Assembly (NCBI GenBank): GCA_044229845.1
Contig: JBGASG010000001.1
Coordinates: 832,001-896,000, forward strand
Length of the DNA: 64,000 nucleotides
Source: Candidatus Obscuribacteraceae bacterium
GTDB lineage: Bacteria > Cyanobacteriota > Vampirovibrionia > Obscuribacterales > Obscuribacteraceae
Direction: 5' to 3'
The first letter of the stretch is position 1; each line of letters opens with the position of its first letter. The notes beneath the pieces were generated by a model, which worked only from the letters and a program-made list of their open reading frames with translations, did not search any database and had not been told where the DNA came from. Positions 38,089 through 48,421 of the stretch are shown here, in pieces. A program made the translations under genes and the position numbers.

Positions 38089-39198
38089 TCAGGGCACGAC
38101 GACCCAGACGGACGGAAAGCTTTTTTGAAAGTCGGCGACTGACAGCTTGAACGCACCATCAGGGACTCCGTCTCTCGGTTGTCCGTCGGGGGTGACCGGT
38201 TCACTGTTGCCGCCGGGAGACCAGCCCCACGGGTTGCGCACGCTCACTTGCCGGTCACGCGGGTCGTACTTGGCTGTGTACAGGTGCGTGAAAAACACAC
38301 CGCGCTCATCCATGTCCTTGTCGGTGTTAATTGGCTTGGAACCGGCGCACATAGGCAATCCCCACTGCGCCGTCACTTCTAGTTTTTGCCTGAAGTTGCG
38401 GTCTGTTGGATCGAGCCGCGCATACTGCTCGCCGGTCAACAGGCTCAGTGCCACGCCGCAGTCGCCGCCGTGCAATGCAGCGATGTCGTGCTTGGCGGGA
38501 TACGGCGAATTACGGTTGAACAACTGAGCTGCCGCTTTCTCCAGAACTGCCACCCATGATCCGTGTTTATCGGAGCGCGCGAAGAGCGCCATCTCCATCG
38601 CGGTTGGTGCATCGACTGTGACTGGATATTTCGGTGCGCCAGGGAATGTTACCGTGAACTTGCCATCGGGTTCTTCCTTGATCATGCGGGCGATGGTTTC
38701 AGGCATGGTGTCTGCTACCGCTGCTACCGAGCCAAGAAACCAGCAGTCGCCGACCGAGCCCTGTCCTACGGCATCCGACTTGATTGCGTCGACAGGCTTC
38801 TTGAACTCGCCCCACAGTTTTTGATTGATGTTGTCGGTGCGCGAGCCGGCGATCAGCATAGCCAGTTTGAGCTTTTCCGCGAGGTCGCCATTGGGATCGT
38901 CTTTCAGTTTTTTGCTCATCGCTTGCACATCTTTTTCTGAGATGCCGCTGTCTTTCTTGTCTTGTCCGTCAATCAGTTCGAATCCGTAGAGCATACCAAT
39001 CACCATACCCGCATCATGACTGGTGAACTTTTTGTTGGAGACGGTTTCGAACAGCTCCGCAACTTCAACCCTGCCATTGTGATTGGTGTCAAGCTCTTCG
39101 CGGTGAGCCTTGAACCACGGCTCAATATCAGCCACCGTAGGTGGTTGCGCTTGCTTGACCGGCGCCGGTGCTTCCTTTTCGATAATCAAGTCTGCCAT
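38089..39198 (-). CDS. Calpain-like (peptidase C2) cysteine protease with N-terminal EF-hand
   Basis: DTNHNGRVEVAE EF loop; QGSVGDCWFL, LEKA, THLY and RNPWG catalytic motifs. Confidence 0.88.
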   Translation of the reverse strand: MADLIIEKEAPAPVKQAQPPTVADIEPWFKAHREELDTNHNGRVEVAELFETVSNKKFTSHDAGMVIGMLYGFELIDGQDKKDSGISEKDVQAMSKKLKDDPNGDLAEKLKLAMLIAGSRTDNINQKLWGEFKKPVDAIKSDAVGQGSVGDCWFLGSVAAVADTMPETIARMIKEEPDGKFTVTFPGAPKYPVTVDAPTAMEMALFARSDKHGSWVAVLEKAAAQLFNRNSPYPAKHDIAALHGGDCGVALSLLTGEQYARLDPTDRNFRQKLEVTAQWGLPMCAGSKPINTDKDMDERGVFFTHLYTAKYDPRDRQVSVRNPWGWSPGGNSEPVTPDGQPRDGVPDGAFKLSVADFQKSFPSVWVVVP

Positions 39199-41700
39199 TT
39201 ACTTCTTGCCGCTCAGAGGTGGAATGTACAGTTCGACTTTTGGTCCGGGACTTTGGAGATACCACTGGCGCACTTGCTTGGGTGTACTCGGTGCATTTAT
39301 CTCGTCGAGAAGCTCATCTATCTTTTCCAACGCTTGCATGGTCACCGGTACTTCATCTAAGACGCGGCGTTGCCCGTTGAGGAAGGGAGTTGTCTTTGCC
39401 CAGGGCACGTAAGACTGACCGGGCATGATACGCAAGACGGCTCCGCCGGCGGCTGAGAATAGCGAATCGCCAAAGACATCTTTTCCGTAGTCGGATGCCA
39501 GGTCGAATCCTGATGAATAAGATCCGTCGAATGCCTTGGGTGCGTACTGGCGTCCGCGGGCGATGGCGGATGTGGTGGCACCGGCGGCCAGGTCGGCGAG
39601 TACGACGTTGCGCGCGCCGACTCGACCCATACTGGCGACGGCGCCCACTGCTTCGCGATAGGCGGGGTTGCCGACGAGAGGCAATCTCGAATACCAGGGG
39701 AGACCTGCACGCATACTCTTCAGTCCGGTGTATGCCAGTTCGCGTGCTGTCTCGAAACGTTGGGCGCCTTGCAAGCCTTCCAGCAGCGCAGTGTCGGCGG
39801 AGACGGCGCTCATGGCGCGCTCTGCGGAAGTCAGTGCCCGGGCGCTGCCGTTCAATCCACTCAATGCGGCACGGCGCACTAGAACGCCGGCACCACCGCT
39901 GAGACCATCGACGCCGCCAATTAGCGGGTCGTACCATTTTACTTCGCCTTCGCACATATATTTGAGACCGGTGCGCGTGGCTGATCCGGCGGCGAATCCG
40001 GCTGCTAACGCAGCGGGTCCGCTCCAACCCGTAGCCACCACTACCAGAGCACCGGCGGCGATGGCGGCTGCTGTGTATCCGAGCTCTTTCAGCAGATGCT
40101 TGATGAACGACTCTTCCTTCTCGATAGCCTGCGGCATGGTGGCAAATTTCCGCAGCTCTTCCAGTTGTGTTGCTGCACTTTTCGCGTACTCCGGGTCAAT
40201 CTTCTCGATTTCATCGAAGATTGCCAGGGCGTCGCCTTGCTTCTTGTTGCACAGTGCAAACACGCCTTCCATCAGTCTCGTGTATGCGGGAGCATGTGCC
40301 AGCAGTTCCAGCCCTTTCAGTCCTTCCTTTGCTTCTTCCAACTCGCGCGCCAGTTTTTGTTTGTCGGCGTCCGATGTCGCGATCGCCAGGTCTGCCTCTA
40401 GTTTCTTTGCCTTCTCGTCTTGTGACTGGCGCAATTTTTCGATTGCGTCGGCAGGAAGTTTCTTCACCTCTTCCTGAGCCAGAGCCAGCTCGCGCTGGGC
40501 AGCTTCTGCATCGAACGATTTGGGGCTCAAGTGACGTTGAAACTGCACAAGGTGATTGTGGAACTCGAAGACTGATTGCTCCTTACCTTCAGTTCTGGTG
40601 TAGAGCAAGGTGTTGAGATACATGCCGTGATTTTCGCTGACAAATTCTGGATCGATTTTCGCTGCGCTTTCGACCAGGTTGGTGGCTTCCGCAAAACTTC
40701 CCTGGCTGACCGCCAGTTTCACGCGACCGAACCGCACCGCCGCTGATGCATGCAGCAGTTCTTCGGTAGCCCGTTTTTCCAACTGCAAATCTGCTTGGTG
40801 TTCTTGAGTTGCTTTGCCGGCGGACAGCTCGTCGTCTACCGACTTGAGGCGAGTGCGCAGCGCTGCGTAGTTCAAGCCATCGGCAGCGGCCGTGGCCCGG
40901 TCAAAGTAGCCTGCCGCTTCGCCGCTGTTGTGAAAACTCAATGCACGGCTGCCCATTCTCGCCAGTTCGAGCGGATCGACTCCGCCCGCGATCGCCTGGC
41001 GTTTCAAACGCAGCGCGACGTCATCGCGAATATTCGCGCTTTCCGGTCCGCCGCCGCCATAGAGCATCGATTCGGTCAGGACCTTCTGGGCGCCGGTGAG
41101 GTCCCCGGTCTCAGCAAGAAACGCCGCATGCATTTCGCGAATTGCTCGCGGCGCAGTGATCACTTGCTCCAGACGATTCTTGAGAATAAGCAGTTCTTGC
41201 GGCGTGAATTTTTCCAGATCGAGTTTGCCGTCTGCACGCATTCTGCCTTCCAGATCTAGTTTGGCGGCTGCACCGGGAGTAGGAAGCCGCAACGCCAGGC
41301 TGTTTTGTCCCAGACGCTGCTGGCGCAGCAGCAATTCCTGCTGCACATCATTGAGGACTTGCGCAGCCTTCATGAAGTCGGCGCCGTCGGCGATGTCTTC
41401 TGCGCGCTTGAATTGGCGATTGATCTGCTCAGGCAAACGAGCCACGCGCTCGCCAACTGTGGATTTGACAGTCTTATCGCCATCTCTAAATTCGGTGGTC
41501 TGATCGCGACGCACTCCGGCATAGCCGTTGAGTTCTTCAATCAGAAAACTTGCTTCTGCGAAAGCCAACATCGGGTCCGTTTCGGCAGTCTTTGCCTTAC
41601 CGACTCCGCGCCGCGCGTCTAGAAGCAAGTCGAATCCCGACAAAACCTCCGGGTGCGGAGATGTATCGGCTGGGGGAAGCAGCGTGATTTTATCGCCCAA
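39199..41700 (-). CDS. Large helical/TPR-like protein with Gly/Ala-rich hydrophobic C-terminal region
   Basis: 833-aa ORF abutting the protease gene; no family recognised. Confidence 0.72.
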   Translation of the reverse strand: MGDKITLLPPADTSPHPEVLSGFDLLLDARRGVGKAKTAETDPMLAFAEASFLIEELNGYAGVRRDQTTEFRDGDKTVKSTVGERVARLPEQINRQFKRAEDIADGADFMKAAQVLNDVQQELLLRQQRLGQNSLALRLPTPGAAAKLDLEGRMRADGKLDLEKFTPQELLILKNRLEQVITAPRAIREMHAAFLAETGDLTGAQKVLTESMLYGGGGPESANIRDDVALRLKRQAIAGGVDPLELARMGSRALSFHNSGEAAGYFDRATAAADGLNYAALRTRLKSVDDELSAGKATQEHQADLQLEKRATEELLHASAAVRFGRVKLAVSQGSFAEATNLVESAAKIDPEFVSENHGMYLNTLLYTRTEGKEQSVFEFHNHLVQFQRHLSPKSFDAEAAQRELALAQEEVKKLPADAIEKLRQSQDEKAKKLEADLAIATSDADKQKLARELEEAKEGLKGLELLAHAPAYTRLMEGVFALCNKKQGDALAIFDEIEKIDPEYAKSAATQLEELRKFATMPQAIEKEESFIKHLLKELGYTAAAIAAGALVVVATGWSGPAALAAGFAAGSATRTGLKYMCEGEVKWYDPLIGGVDGLSGGAGVLVRRAALSGLNGSARALTSAERAMSAVSADTALLEGLQGAQRFETARELAYTGLKSMRAGLPWYSRLPLVGNPAYREAVGAVASMGRVGARNVVLADLAAGATTSAIARGRQYAPKAFDGSYSSGFDLASDYGKDVFGDSLFSAAGGAVLRIMPGQSYVPWAKTTPFLNGQRRVLDEVPVTMQALEKIDELLDEINAPSTPKQVRQWYLQSPGPKVELYIPPLSGKK

Positions 41701-41833
41701 TGGGTTATCTCTGGAAACGGTGGGGATGTTTCCGGATAGCCTGCCCTGGCTCTATATATACGGCCGCGCCCAGTTCTGGACAACGTGGAATTAGGCAACG
41801 GCGGACTGCATATTTATGTATCTGGCCGGAATC

Positions 41834-41910
41834 AGTACAGATTCCGTGCAGAATCAGTGCAGATTCTGTGCAGATTCACCGCAGCATCGGTACAGATTCA
41901 GTACACGTAT
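41834..41910. repeat. 11-bp degenerate tandem array (6-7 units)
   Basis: AGTACAGATTC CGTGCAGAATC AGTGCAGATTC TGTGCAGATTC ACCGCAGCATC GGTACAGATTC AGTACACGTAT. Confidence 0.85.
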
Positions 41911-41915
41911 ACTAC

Positions 41916-42560
41916 TTAGTCGTCCCGTGGCATTGTGGTGCCGAACGCGCCATCTTTCTGGACGAAGTACACAGTATCGTAATTAGTGCGATTCATCTCA
42001 GACCGCATCTGCGATTCGGTGACTTCGTGTACCCAGAGCTCCAACAGCTTGTATCTGGAACCGTCTGCCTCGAGCGCCTTATAGCTCATATCTTCATACA
42101 AAACTTCAGTTGCGCGTCGCACCAGACCGTCGACACCGGGACCGTGATAAGTACCGGGAGCCTTCACCCAAAATTTCCACTCGCGAGAAGGCGCCGCAAA
42201 GCCCGACGGGAAGATCAAAGTGTCTTGGCAAGTCACTTCCAGAATCAACGTGTATTTGTAGTCGCCAGTCACCTGCAGCACGATCAATCGCGCGAAGTTC
42301 ATAGCCGAAAACGGCATTTGCGCATCGTCCGGTTCAATATGCGCTTCGATGCCTTCGGTCAACCAATGCTCGTAGAGTTCGGTGGCGGAGTATGTGTAGC
42401 CCGATGCTCGATGCAAGTCGAACAGATTGTTCATCACTGTTTCCGCAGCCGCTGTCAGTGCATCGTTGTGCACCGCGAACTCACCGATGGCGGTGCGCCC
42501 GTCAGCGTCACCGACTGAGCGCAGATTTGAGTAGACATTGATGACATCCGTTTGCAACAT
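41916..42560 (-). CDS. Hypothetical protein
   Basis: 214-aa ORF with plausible composition. Confidence 0.65.
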   Translation of the reverse strand: MLQTDVINVYSNLRSVGDADGRTAIGEFAVHNDALTAAAETVMNNLFDLHRASGYTYSATELYEHWLTEGIEAHIEPDDAQMPFSAMNFARLIVLQVTGDYKYTLILEVTCQDTLIFPSGFAAPSREWKFWVKAPGTYHGPGVDGLVRRATEVLYEDMSYKALEADGSRYKLLELWVHEVTESQMRSEMNRTNYDTVYFVQKDGAFGTTMPRDD

Positions 42561-42669
42561 GCTCTTTCCGCCGGGAATGACCCGACAACGTTACCGCAAA
42601 ACAGATGTAATGGGCTAGCCGTGCTCAGAACCTGCGGCGCGCGTGCCGAACTCTGTGCTCTTTTCGTGC

Positions 42670-42975
42670 CTAAGCGGCTTTCTTCTTGGACGAAGTCTTT
42701 TTCTTGGTTTTGCCGCCGGCTTGTGTTCCGCGGCGCTTTCTTGTTGCTGCTGCTTTTTTCGCGGCTTCGCTGCGTGATGCTTTCTTGGCGGATTCGGATT
42801 TTTTGGTACCAGAGCCGCCTTTCTTCTCGCCGCCACCTGATTCTTTATTGACGGTTGCCCAGCCACGCGACTTAGCTTCCTTTTCGCTTACGCCTTTCTC
42901 TTCATAGCTCTCGGCAATATGCTCAGCTTGACGCTTTTGTTTGGCGGTGTATTTTTCTTTGCTGCCTCTAGGCAT
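42670..42975 (-). CDS. Small basic stress-associated protein (often annotated 'plasmid stabilization protein')
   Basis: MPRGSKEKYTAKQKRQAEHI..SY...A..WATVNK; AGGAG RBS. Confidence 0.82.
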   Translation of the reverse strand: MPRGSKEKYTAKQKRQAEHIAESYEEKGVSEKEAKSRGWATVNKESGGGEKKGGSGTKKSESAKKASRSEAAKKAAATRKRRGTQAGGKTKKKTSSKKKAA

Positions 42976-43171
42976 TGTTGAGCTCCTTCTCCTACTATGA
43001 CTTTCAACGGCGACGACGAGCCGCTCGCTTCGTTCCACGGTCGAAATTCATCGCGTGCAGGATGCTCATCCGGACCTGCGATTTTGGGTATTGAACAAAA
43101 CTGCTCGTTTCACCACTCCGAGATGAGCAGTTTTGTTCAATCAGATTCGCAGCAGCAGCGCACACCGAAAT

Positions 43172-44236
43172 CTAATCGAGCTGGAGACACTGCATCAGTT
43201 CGAGCAGGTCCTTATCCATCTGGAAGATCTCAGATTTGATGTCGAGCAGCATGTCTGCCTGGTCGTTGAAAGTGTCGATATTGACCGTGCCGTTATGCCT
43301 GGTGTTAGACAGAATGCCTATGCGTTTCTGCGCTTCCGGTCCTTTCAAGTTGACTGGGATGACTTTGAATCGCTGCCACCGTTCAATCAAAAGTTGCAAT
43401 CTGGTTTTGGTTTCTCCAACCGGAGCGCGGTTGAGATAATTCCAGACCACTGCTGTATAGGTGGATTCTCTGTCTGCCTGGAAGTTGAAAATCTCGGTCA
43501 GCATGTTGGGTTTGATGCTGACGCGCTGCTTGGCACCCGTTTGCTGACGCAACGCCCAGGCACCTAAGCCGATAGTGGCAGCTCCCGCCACCAGTCCGAT
43601 CACCTCGCCGGGCACTTCATTTCTGAAAAGGCTGCCAGCCTGCGCAACCTCTCCCATGGCACCACTTGCTGCCACGTTCTCCATCGAGTTGAGTTTGATC
43701 GCTCGATCGCGTTTATCTTCGAGCACGCCACGCATACGATTGATCATTGCCAGTTCGCGTTCGATACGAGCGGTGGCATCGCGAACTTGCAACGCTGCGA
43801 CGAACAATTTGGAATGCAGTCGTTGTTTGAGTTTGAGCAATTCGATCTCGTCGCGAAGATCGAGTGAAGATCGAGCCTGATATGCAGCAATTTGCTCGAG
43901 CAAAGGCATCAAATCTAGTTGCTGAGCGATATCACGAGCAGTGGGTGTCAGATTGAGCCCCCGATTTTGTGTGCTCGGTGCCGGAGAAGCCACTGGCGCA
44001 CCGGACGCGGCAGCCCCCGACTGCGCGGGTTGTCCAGGCTGCACCGCGGCCAATGCACGGCGTACGGGGGGTGGTGGTGCCACCGTGCTTGATTGTGCGG
44101 AAGCGACCGAAATTGTTTGCGTCATGCACATCGCCAATGCAATGACGGCGGATGCGACTCGACGACTGATGTTACACGTCGCGTCCAGGGTCGTCATGGG
44201 GAGCAGTCTCCGTCGGTGGCGGCTACATTGTCCCAT
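43172..44236 (-). CDS. Exported helical hypothetical protein
   Basis: Signal-like segment and coiled coils; start uncertain. Confidence 0.68.
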   Translation of the reverse strand: MGQCSRHRRRLLPMTTLDATCNISRRVASAVIALAMCMTQTISVASAQSSTVAPPPPVRRALAAVQPGQPAQSGAAASGAPVASPAPSTQNRGLNLTPTARDIAQQLDLMPLLEQIAAYQARSSLDLRDEIELLKLKQRLHSKLFVAALQVRDATARIERELAMINRMRGVLEDKRDRAIKLNSMENVAASGAMGEVAQAGSLFRNEVPGEVIGLVAGAATIGLGAWALRQQTGAKQRVSIKPNMLTEIFNFQADRESTYTAVVWNYLNRAPVGETKTRLQLLIERWQRFKVIPVNLKGPEAQKRIGILSNTRHNGTVNIDTFNDQADMLLDIKSEIFQMDKDLLELMQCLQLD

Positions 44237-44317
44237 ACGCTTTTATTGGAACTCACACCGCCTCATTGCCGTCTCGGCATTCATTGTTGTCAAGCCGGGG
44301 TGAGCTGCGTCGTGAAA

Positions 44318-45331
44318 ATGTGTTCGTTCCTCACCCTGTTTATCGGCGCTGTCATTGCAGTTAAATCCCCAGCCGGCAACCCGTGCCCGACTCTCAATTC
44401 GGTGGCGGTTCCTTCAAGCTCAGCCGTAGCGATGGAGGCGGTGCCGCCGGTGGCTGTGCCGGCGATTGAGCCGATGCCTGAAAATGAGTATGAGCGCGAG
44501 TACTTGAAGGTCTGGGAATTCGTGCAGCGCAACTACATTTTTTCCGACAAGATGGCTTCCTGGCGCGAGTGGCGAGATCGCTATCGCGGACGCCTGCAGA
44601 ATGAGGAGCAAACGCGCGCTGCTGTAGAACTTATGCTTGCGTCACTGCACGACGACTTCACTTACTTAAAGAAACTGCCGGTACCACCACCGGAGGCTGC
44701 AGGCGCTATAGTGCAGTGGAAGAAACTGAGTGGCAACGTCGGCTACATTCGCATCAGGGCTTTCAACAATGATGCGGTGGAAGCGCGCACGTTGCAGGCG
44801 CTTACGGAGCTCAGAAACAGTAAGGGATACATTCTCGATCTGCGCGGCAACAAGGGCGGTTATATATCACTGACATCGCGGGTGTATTCCATGTTTGTGG
44901 ATCGGGCGCCGTTTCTGCGCATGGTGGAGAGAAACGGCACGGCCGAGAAAGTCGAAGAACTTGTCGTCGACGCGGATTCTATTAAGTCTGGCTTCGAGAG
45001 TCACTGGGATTTGCAGCCCCGTCACAAAAATCTGACTGCGCGCAAGCCGGTGGTAATTCTCGTTGATCGTAAAACCAGATCGTCAGGTGAGATGTTGGCT
45101 GGTGCTTTGCGCGACACGCGTGGTGCGGTGCTCATAGGTGAACGCACGTTCGGCAAGGGCGTGGCACAGGATGTTGTCGAACTGCCCGGAGCGGTGGCGA
45201 AAGTGGTGACCGCCCGTGTGTTTCTGCCCAGCAATGAATGCATGCACGGCAGCGGATTGACGCCGTCTCACTGTCTTGACTGTGAAGCGCAACCCGACAG
45301 CTGGCTCCAGGCTGCTGCGGAACTCATCTAG
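44318..45331 (+). CDS. S41-family carboxyl-terminal protease (CtpA-like), no PDZ domain
   Basis: GYIRI, ILDLRGNKGG, TRSSGE and RTFGKG motifs. Confidence 0.85.
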   Translation: MCSFLTLFIGAVIAVKSPAGNPCPTLNSVAVPSSSAVAMEAVPPVAVPAIEPMPENEYEREYLKVWEFVQRNYIFSDKMASWREWRDRYRGRLQNEEQTRAAVELMLASLHDDFTYLKKLPVPPPEAAGAIVQWKKLSGNVGYIRIRAFNNDAVEARTLQALTELRNSKGYILDLRGNKGGYISLTSRVYSMFVDRAPFLRMVERNGTAEKVEELVVDADSIKSGFESHWDLQPRHKNLTARKPVVILVDRKTRSSGEMLAGALRDTRGAVLIGERTFGKGVAQDVVELPGAVAKVVTARVFLPSNECMHGSGLTPSHCLDCEAQPDSWLQAAAELI

Positions 45332-46574
45332 CTTGAGATTGTGCAGCTCTGATCATCTGCGCACGCGCTTCCAATTTTGCTGCCTCTTGCGGGCGATTAG
45401 TTTTGCGCAACAGTTTTGCGTAGCTTTCCAGATCGGCGATCAGTCCCGGTTGGTTAGGACCATGACTTTCGTCGATCTCCAGTCCCCGCTTGTACAGCGG
45501 TTCCGCAGCCGCATAATTTCCCTGACCGTAATAGAGGTCGGCGAGATTTTCGAGAGTGGTGGCAACGTGTGGATGGTTGGCACCGAGTGTCTTTTCCTCG
45601 ATGGCTAACGCCTGTTTGTACAAACGCTCGGCATCGCCCAATTGCTTGCCTTGTGCTTGATACATGAGAGCCAGGTTCTGCAAATTGATGGCAACGCGCG
45701 GATGATCGGGACCGAGCTTGCGCTCGTTTATGGCGAGAGCGCGCTGATAAAGAGGTTCTGCTTGCGCAAACATCCTCTGGTCACGATTCAGTTCAGCCAG
45801 GTTGTTGAGTACGGTGGCAACCTCTAGATGATCCGGACCGAGAACTTTCTCGTTGATGGAAAGCGCCTTCTCATAGAAGGTCTTCGCTTGCGCGTATTTT
45901 CGCTGCTGATGAAACAGTTCTCCCAGGTTATTCAGCCCCGTGGAAACGGTTATGTGATTGATACCAAAACACTGCTCATGAATTTTCAGGGCACGCCAAT
46001 AAAACTTCTCTGCATCGGCATAGCGACCTTCCTCTTTGTATAGCGCGGCCAGATTGTTGAGCACAGCTCCCACATTTGGATGATTCGGTCCATAAGCTCG
46101 CTCATCGACCGTTAGAGCCCCCTCATAGAGAGGCTCCGCTTGTTCGTATTTGCCCTGCCTGAAGTAGAGCCCCGCCAGATTATTGAGCACCGGCGCTACT
46201 CGTGGATCAAGCTGTCCGTACGCCTTTTGCTGGATTTTATATACTTGTTTGTATAACGTTTCGGCGTCGGCATAGTGTCCTTGCGCGGTCGCCAGCGCTG
46301 CCAGATTGTTGAGGCTTTTCTGATAAGGCTCGCTGGTCGGCCCGGATTTTTCCGCTTCGCTCATAGCCGCCGTCAACAGTTTGGTGGCATCGGCATAATT
46401 GGCATTGCTCAATGCGTTCATGCCGGCGTTCGTATATTGCGTCCATGCTGCGCTTTGTGCGCGTGCTGCCGGCACCACATTCCATCCCTGGACCACATGC
46501 GCACTCGGCACCACATTCGCCATCGCCACCAATGTAACGATCGCGAGCAGATAACTTCTTTTATCCTGGTGCAT
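45324..46574 (-). CDS. Exported TPR protein (kinesin light chain-type 42-aa repeats)
   Basis: Repeated LNNLAxLY..QG.Y..AEPLY.RAL.I.E..LGP.HP units. Confidence 0.92.
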   Translation of the reverse strand: MHQDKRSYLLAIVTLVAMANVVPSAHVVQGWNVVPAARAQSAAWTQYTNAGMNALSNANYADATKLLTAAMSEAEKSGPTSEPYQKSLNNLAALATAQGHYADAETLYKQVYKIQQKAYGQLDPRVAPVLNNLAGLYFRQGKYEQAEPLYEGALTVDERAYGPNHPNVGAVLNNLAALYKEEGRYADAEKFYWRALKIHEQCFGINHITVSTGLNNLGELFHQQRKYAQAKTFYEKALSINEKVLGPDHLEVATVLNNLAELNRDQRMFAQAEPLYQRALAINERKLGPDHPRVAINLQNLALMYQAQGKQLGDAERLYKQALAIEEKTLGANHPHVATTLENLADLYYGQGNYAAAEPLYKRGLEIDESHGPNQPGLIADLESYAKLLRKTNRPQEAAKLEARAQMIRAAQSQAR

Positions 46575-46680
46575 TCGATGCAGCCTGTCCGGGTTTAGGA
46601 ATGTCCGTATGCACAAGTGTACACGCTCAAACGGGCACTTCCAAGGTACAATTACCTGGACTGAGTGAGGCAACATCCCC

Positions 46681-47577
46681 GTGTTCCTGGCTGTACTCGC
46701 GCTCCTGCTATCGATCATCTCGCTCTGCGTGGGCTCCACGTACGCGAAGATGCTTTTCGCGCAACTGGGTCCGGAAGGAGCCACAGTCATGCGGGTCGGG
46801 TTTGCCGCGCTCATGTTGCTGGCTGTCTGGCGTCCGTGGCGGTTGTCGCTGTCGCGCCGGCAGGCGGGATTGATTGTGCTCTACGGGCTGATTCTCGGTG
46901 CCATGAACCTGTTGTTCTACAAAGGCATCGAGACGATACCTATCGGAGTGGCCATCGCCATCGAGTTTATCGGTCCACTCGCGCTAGCTGTGTGCACGTC
47001 GAGGCGCGCGCTGGACTTTGTGTGGATTGCCTTCGCGGCTGTCGGCATGTTTTTGCTTTCTCCATTTGCCACCGGCGGTGTCAGCAGTCTGGATCCGGTC
47101 GGCGTCACATACATATTGGTAGCTGCAGTACTCTGGGCGCTCTACATCGTGATCGGCAAAGAAGTCGGCCGTGGGCACTCCGGACAGGTCACTTCGCTGG
47201 GAATGACAGCCGCCGGTTTGGTGGTGCTGCCATTTGGTATCACGCATCTCTCGGGCGCGATTGCAGAACCGTCGCTGCTCCTTGCCGGTGTTGTGGTGGC
47301 TGTGATGTCCAGCGCCATTCCTTTTACGCTGGAGTTGTACGCGCTCAAGAGAATGCCGAAACAGACATTCGGCATCTTGCTCAGCATGGAACCAGTTGCC
47401 GGTGCTCTCACCGGATTGTTCATGCTCAATGAGGTGTTGACGCCGTTGCAGTGGTTAGCGATTACGGCAATCATAACTGCGTCCGTCGGATGCACAGTTG
47501 GCCTTCGTAAGCAGGAAGACGTGCCGCTCAGCGATGCCGATGGCATTGCCCTGACGCAGCTCGACCCCGCAGACTAA
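46681..47577 (+). CDS. EamA/DMT transporter, RhtA-like
   Basis: IPIGVAIAIEFIGPL, SSAIPFTLE and LSMEP motifs. Confidence 0.88.
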   Translation: MFLAVLALLLSIISLCVGSTYAKMLFAQLGPEGATVMRVGFAALMLLAVWRPWRLSLSRRQAGLIVLYGLILGAMNLLFYKGIETIPIGVAIAIEFIGPLALAVCTSRRALDFVWIAFAAVGMFLLSPFATGGVSSLDPVGVTYILVAAVLWALYIVIGKEVGRGHSGQVTSLGMTAAGLVVLPFGITHLSGAIAEPSLLLAGVVVAVMSSAIPFTLELYALKRMPKQTFGILLSMEPVAGALTGLFMLNEVLTPLQWLAITAIITASVGCTVGLRKQEDVPLSDADGIALTQLDPAD

Positions 47578-48305
47578 TCGATTGCGTTGACGAGAAATAT
47601 CATCTCTTCCGATGCAGCGCTGTCGAAGGCGTGGCTGCTCCAGTCACCGAAGATATCGTTCGCTTTGAGACCGCATGCGGCGAGCAGCCGTTCAATTGTT
47701 TCTTTTGATGAGAAACGCAGCGTGCTTTCAGAAACGAGAACTTGCCCGTCGGGAAACTGATACCGCAGGTCGAACTGCATAATGCCGTCCGTCATGCTGA
47801 TCAAGTGTCTCGATTCTCGTACGATACCAACGGAGGTGGCAAGTTTCATCTCGTAGTTCCAACGTGATGACCATTCGATGTCGGGGTTGCGTGACTCGAA
47901 AACGAGCATGCCACCATCACGCAAATGGTGTTTCATCGCAGTAAAAGCGGCGAGAATATCTTGCTCGGTGAGCAGCACTTGGAACGCATGACCAGTCATG
48001 ATGATCAGGTCGAATCGTTTGTCGGACTGAAATGTCTGCGCGGCGGATTGCACCCAATCGATGCTCGCACCATAAGGTTTGCGCCGGGCTACATCGAGCA
48101 TCGCCGGGGACGGATCCGCTCCGGTCACGTGGTGTCCCTTTTCTGCGTAGGCGTTGCATAACAGACCGGTTCCGCAGCCCATGTCGAGAATGTGCTGCCC
48201 TGCCGTTGTCGGTAGAGCCAGGTAAAAATCGCGGTCTTCCGACCATCCGCTATCGAGGTCGTAAATCTGCGCGAGCCGCGGATCTTCATAATGCGCATCA
48301 GGCAT
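47574..48305 (-). CDS. Class I SAM-dependent methyltransferase
   Basis: LDMGCGTG, GADPSPAML and MTGHAFQ motifs. Confidence 0.9.
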   Translation of the reverse strand: MPDAHYEDPRLAQIYDLDSGWSEDRDFYLALPTTAGQHILDMGCGTGLLCNAYAEKGHHVTGADPSPAMLDVARRKPYGASIDWVQSAAQTFQSDKRFDLIIMTGHAFQVLLTEQDILAAFTAMKHHLRDGGMLVFESRNPDIEWSSRWNYEMKLATSVGIVRESRHLISMTDGIMQFDLRYQFPDGQVLVSESTLRFSSKETIERLLAACGLKANDIFGDWSSHAFDSAASEEMIFLVNAID

Positions 48306-48421
48306 TCCAGCGACTCCGTTGCAATCCTTAATCGAACACCCTGTCCTCGCCACCGAGAACTCGAGCCCGATGCTAGCATGGGACTGGGGAAGAAACAATT
48401 ACAAGCATCGAGGCGGGCGCT

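Noticed and set aside
41834..41910. CRISPR array (also considered for 3700-3758)
   Set aside because: Units are contiguous, too short and have no unique spacers.
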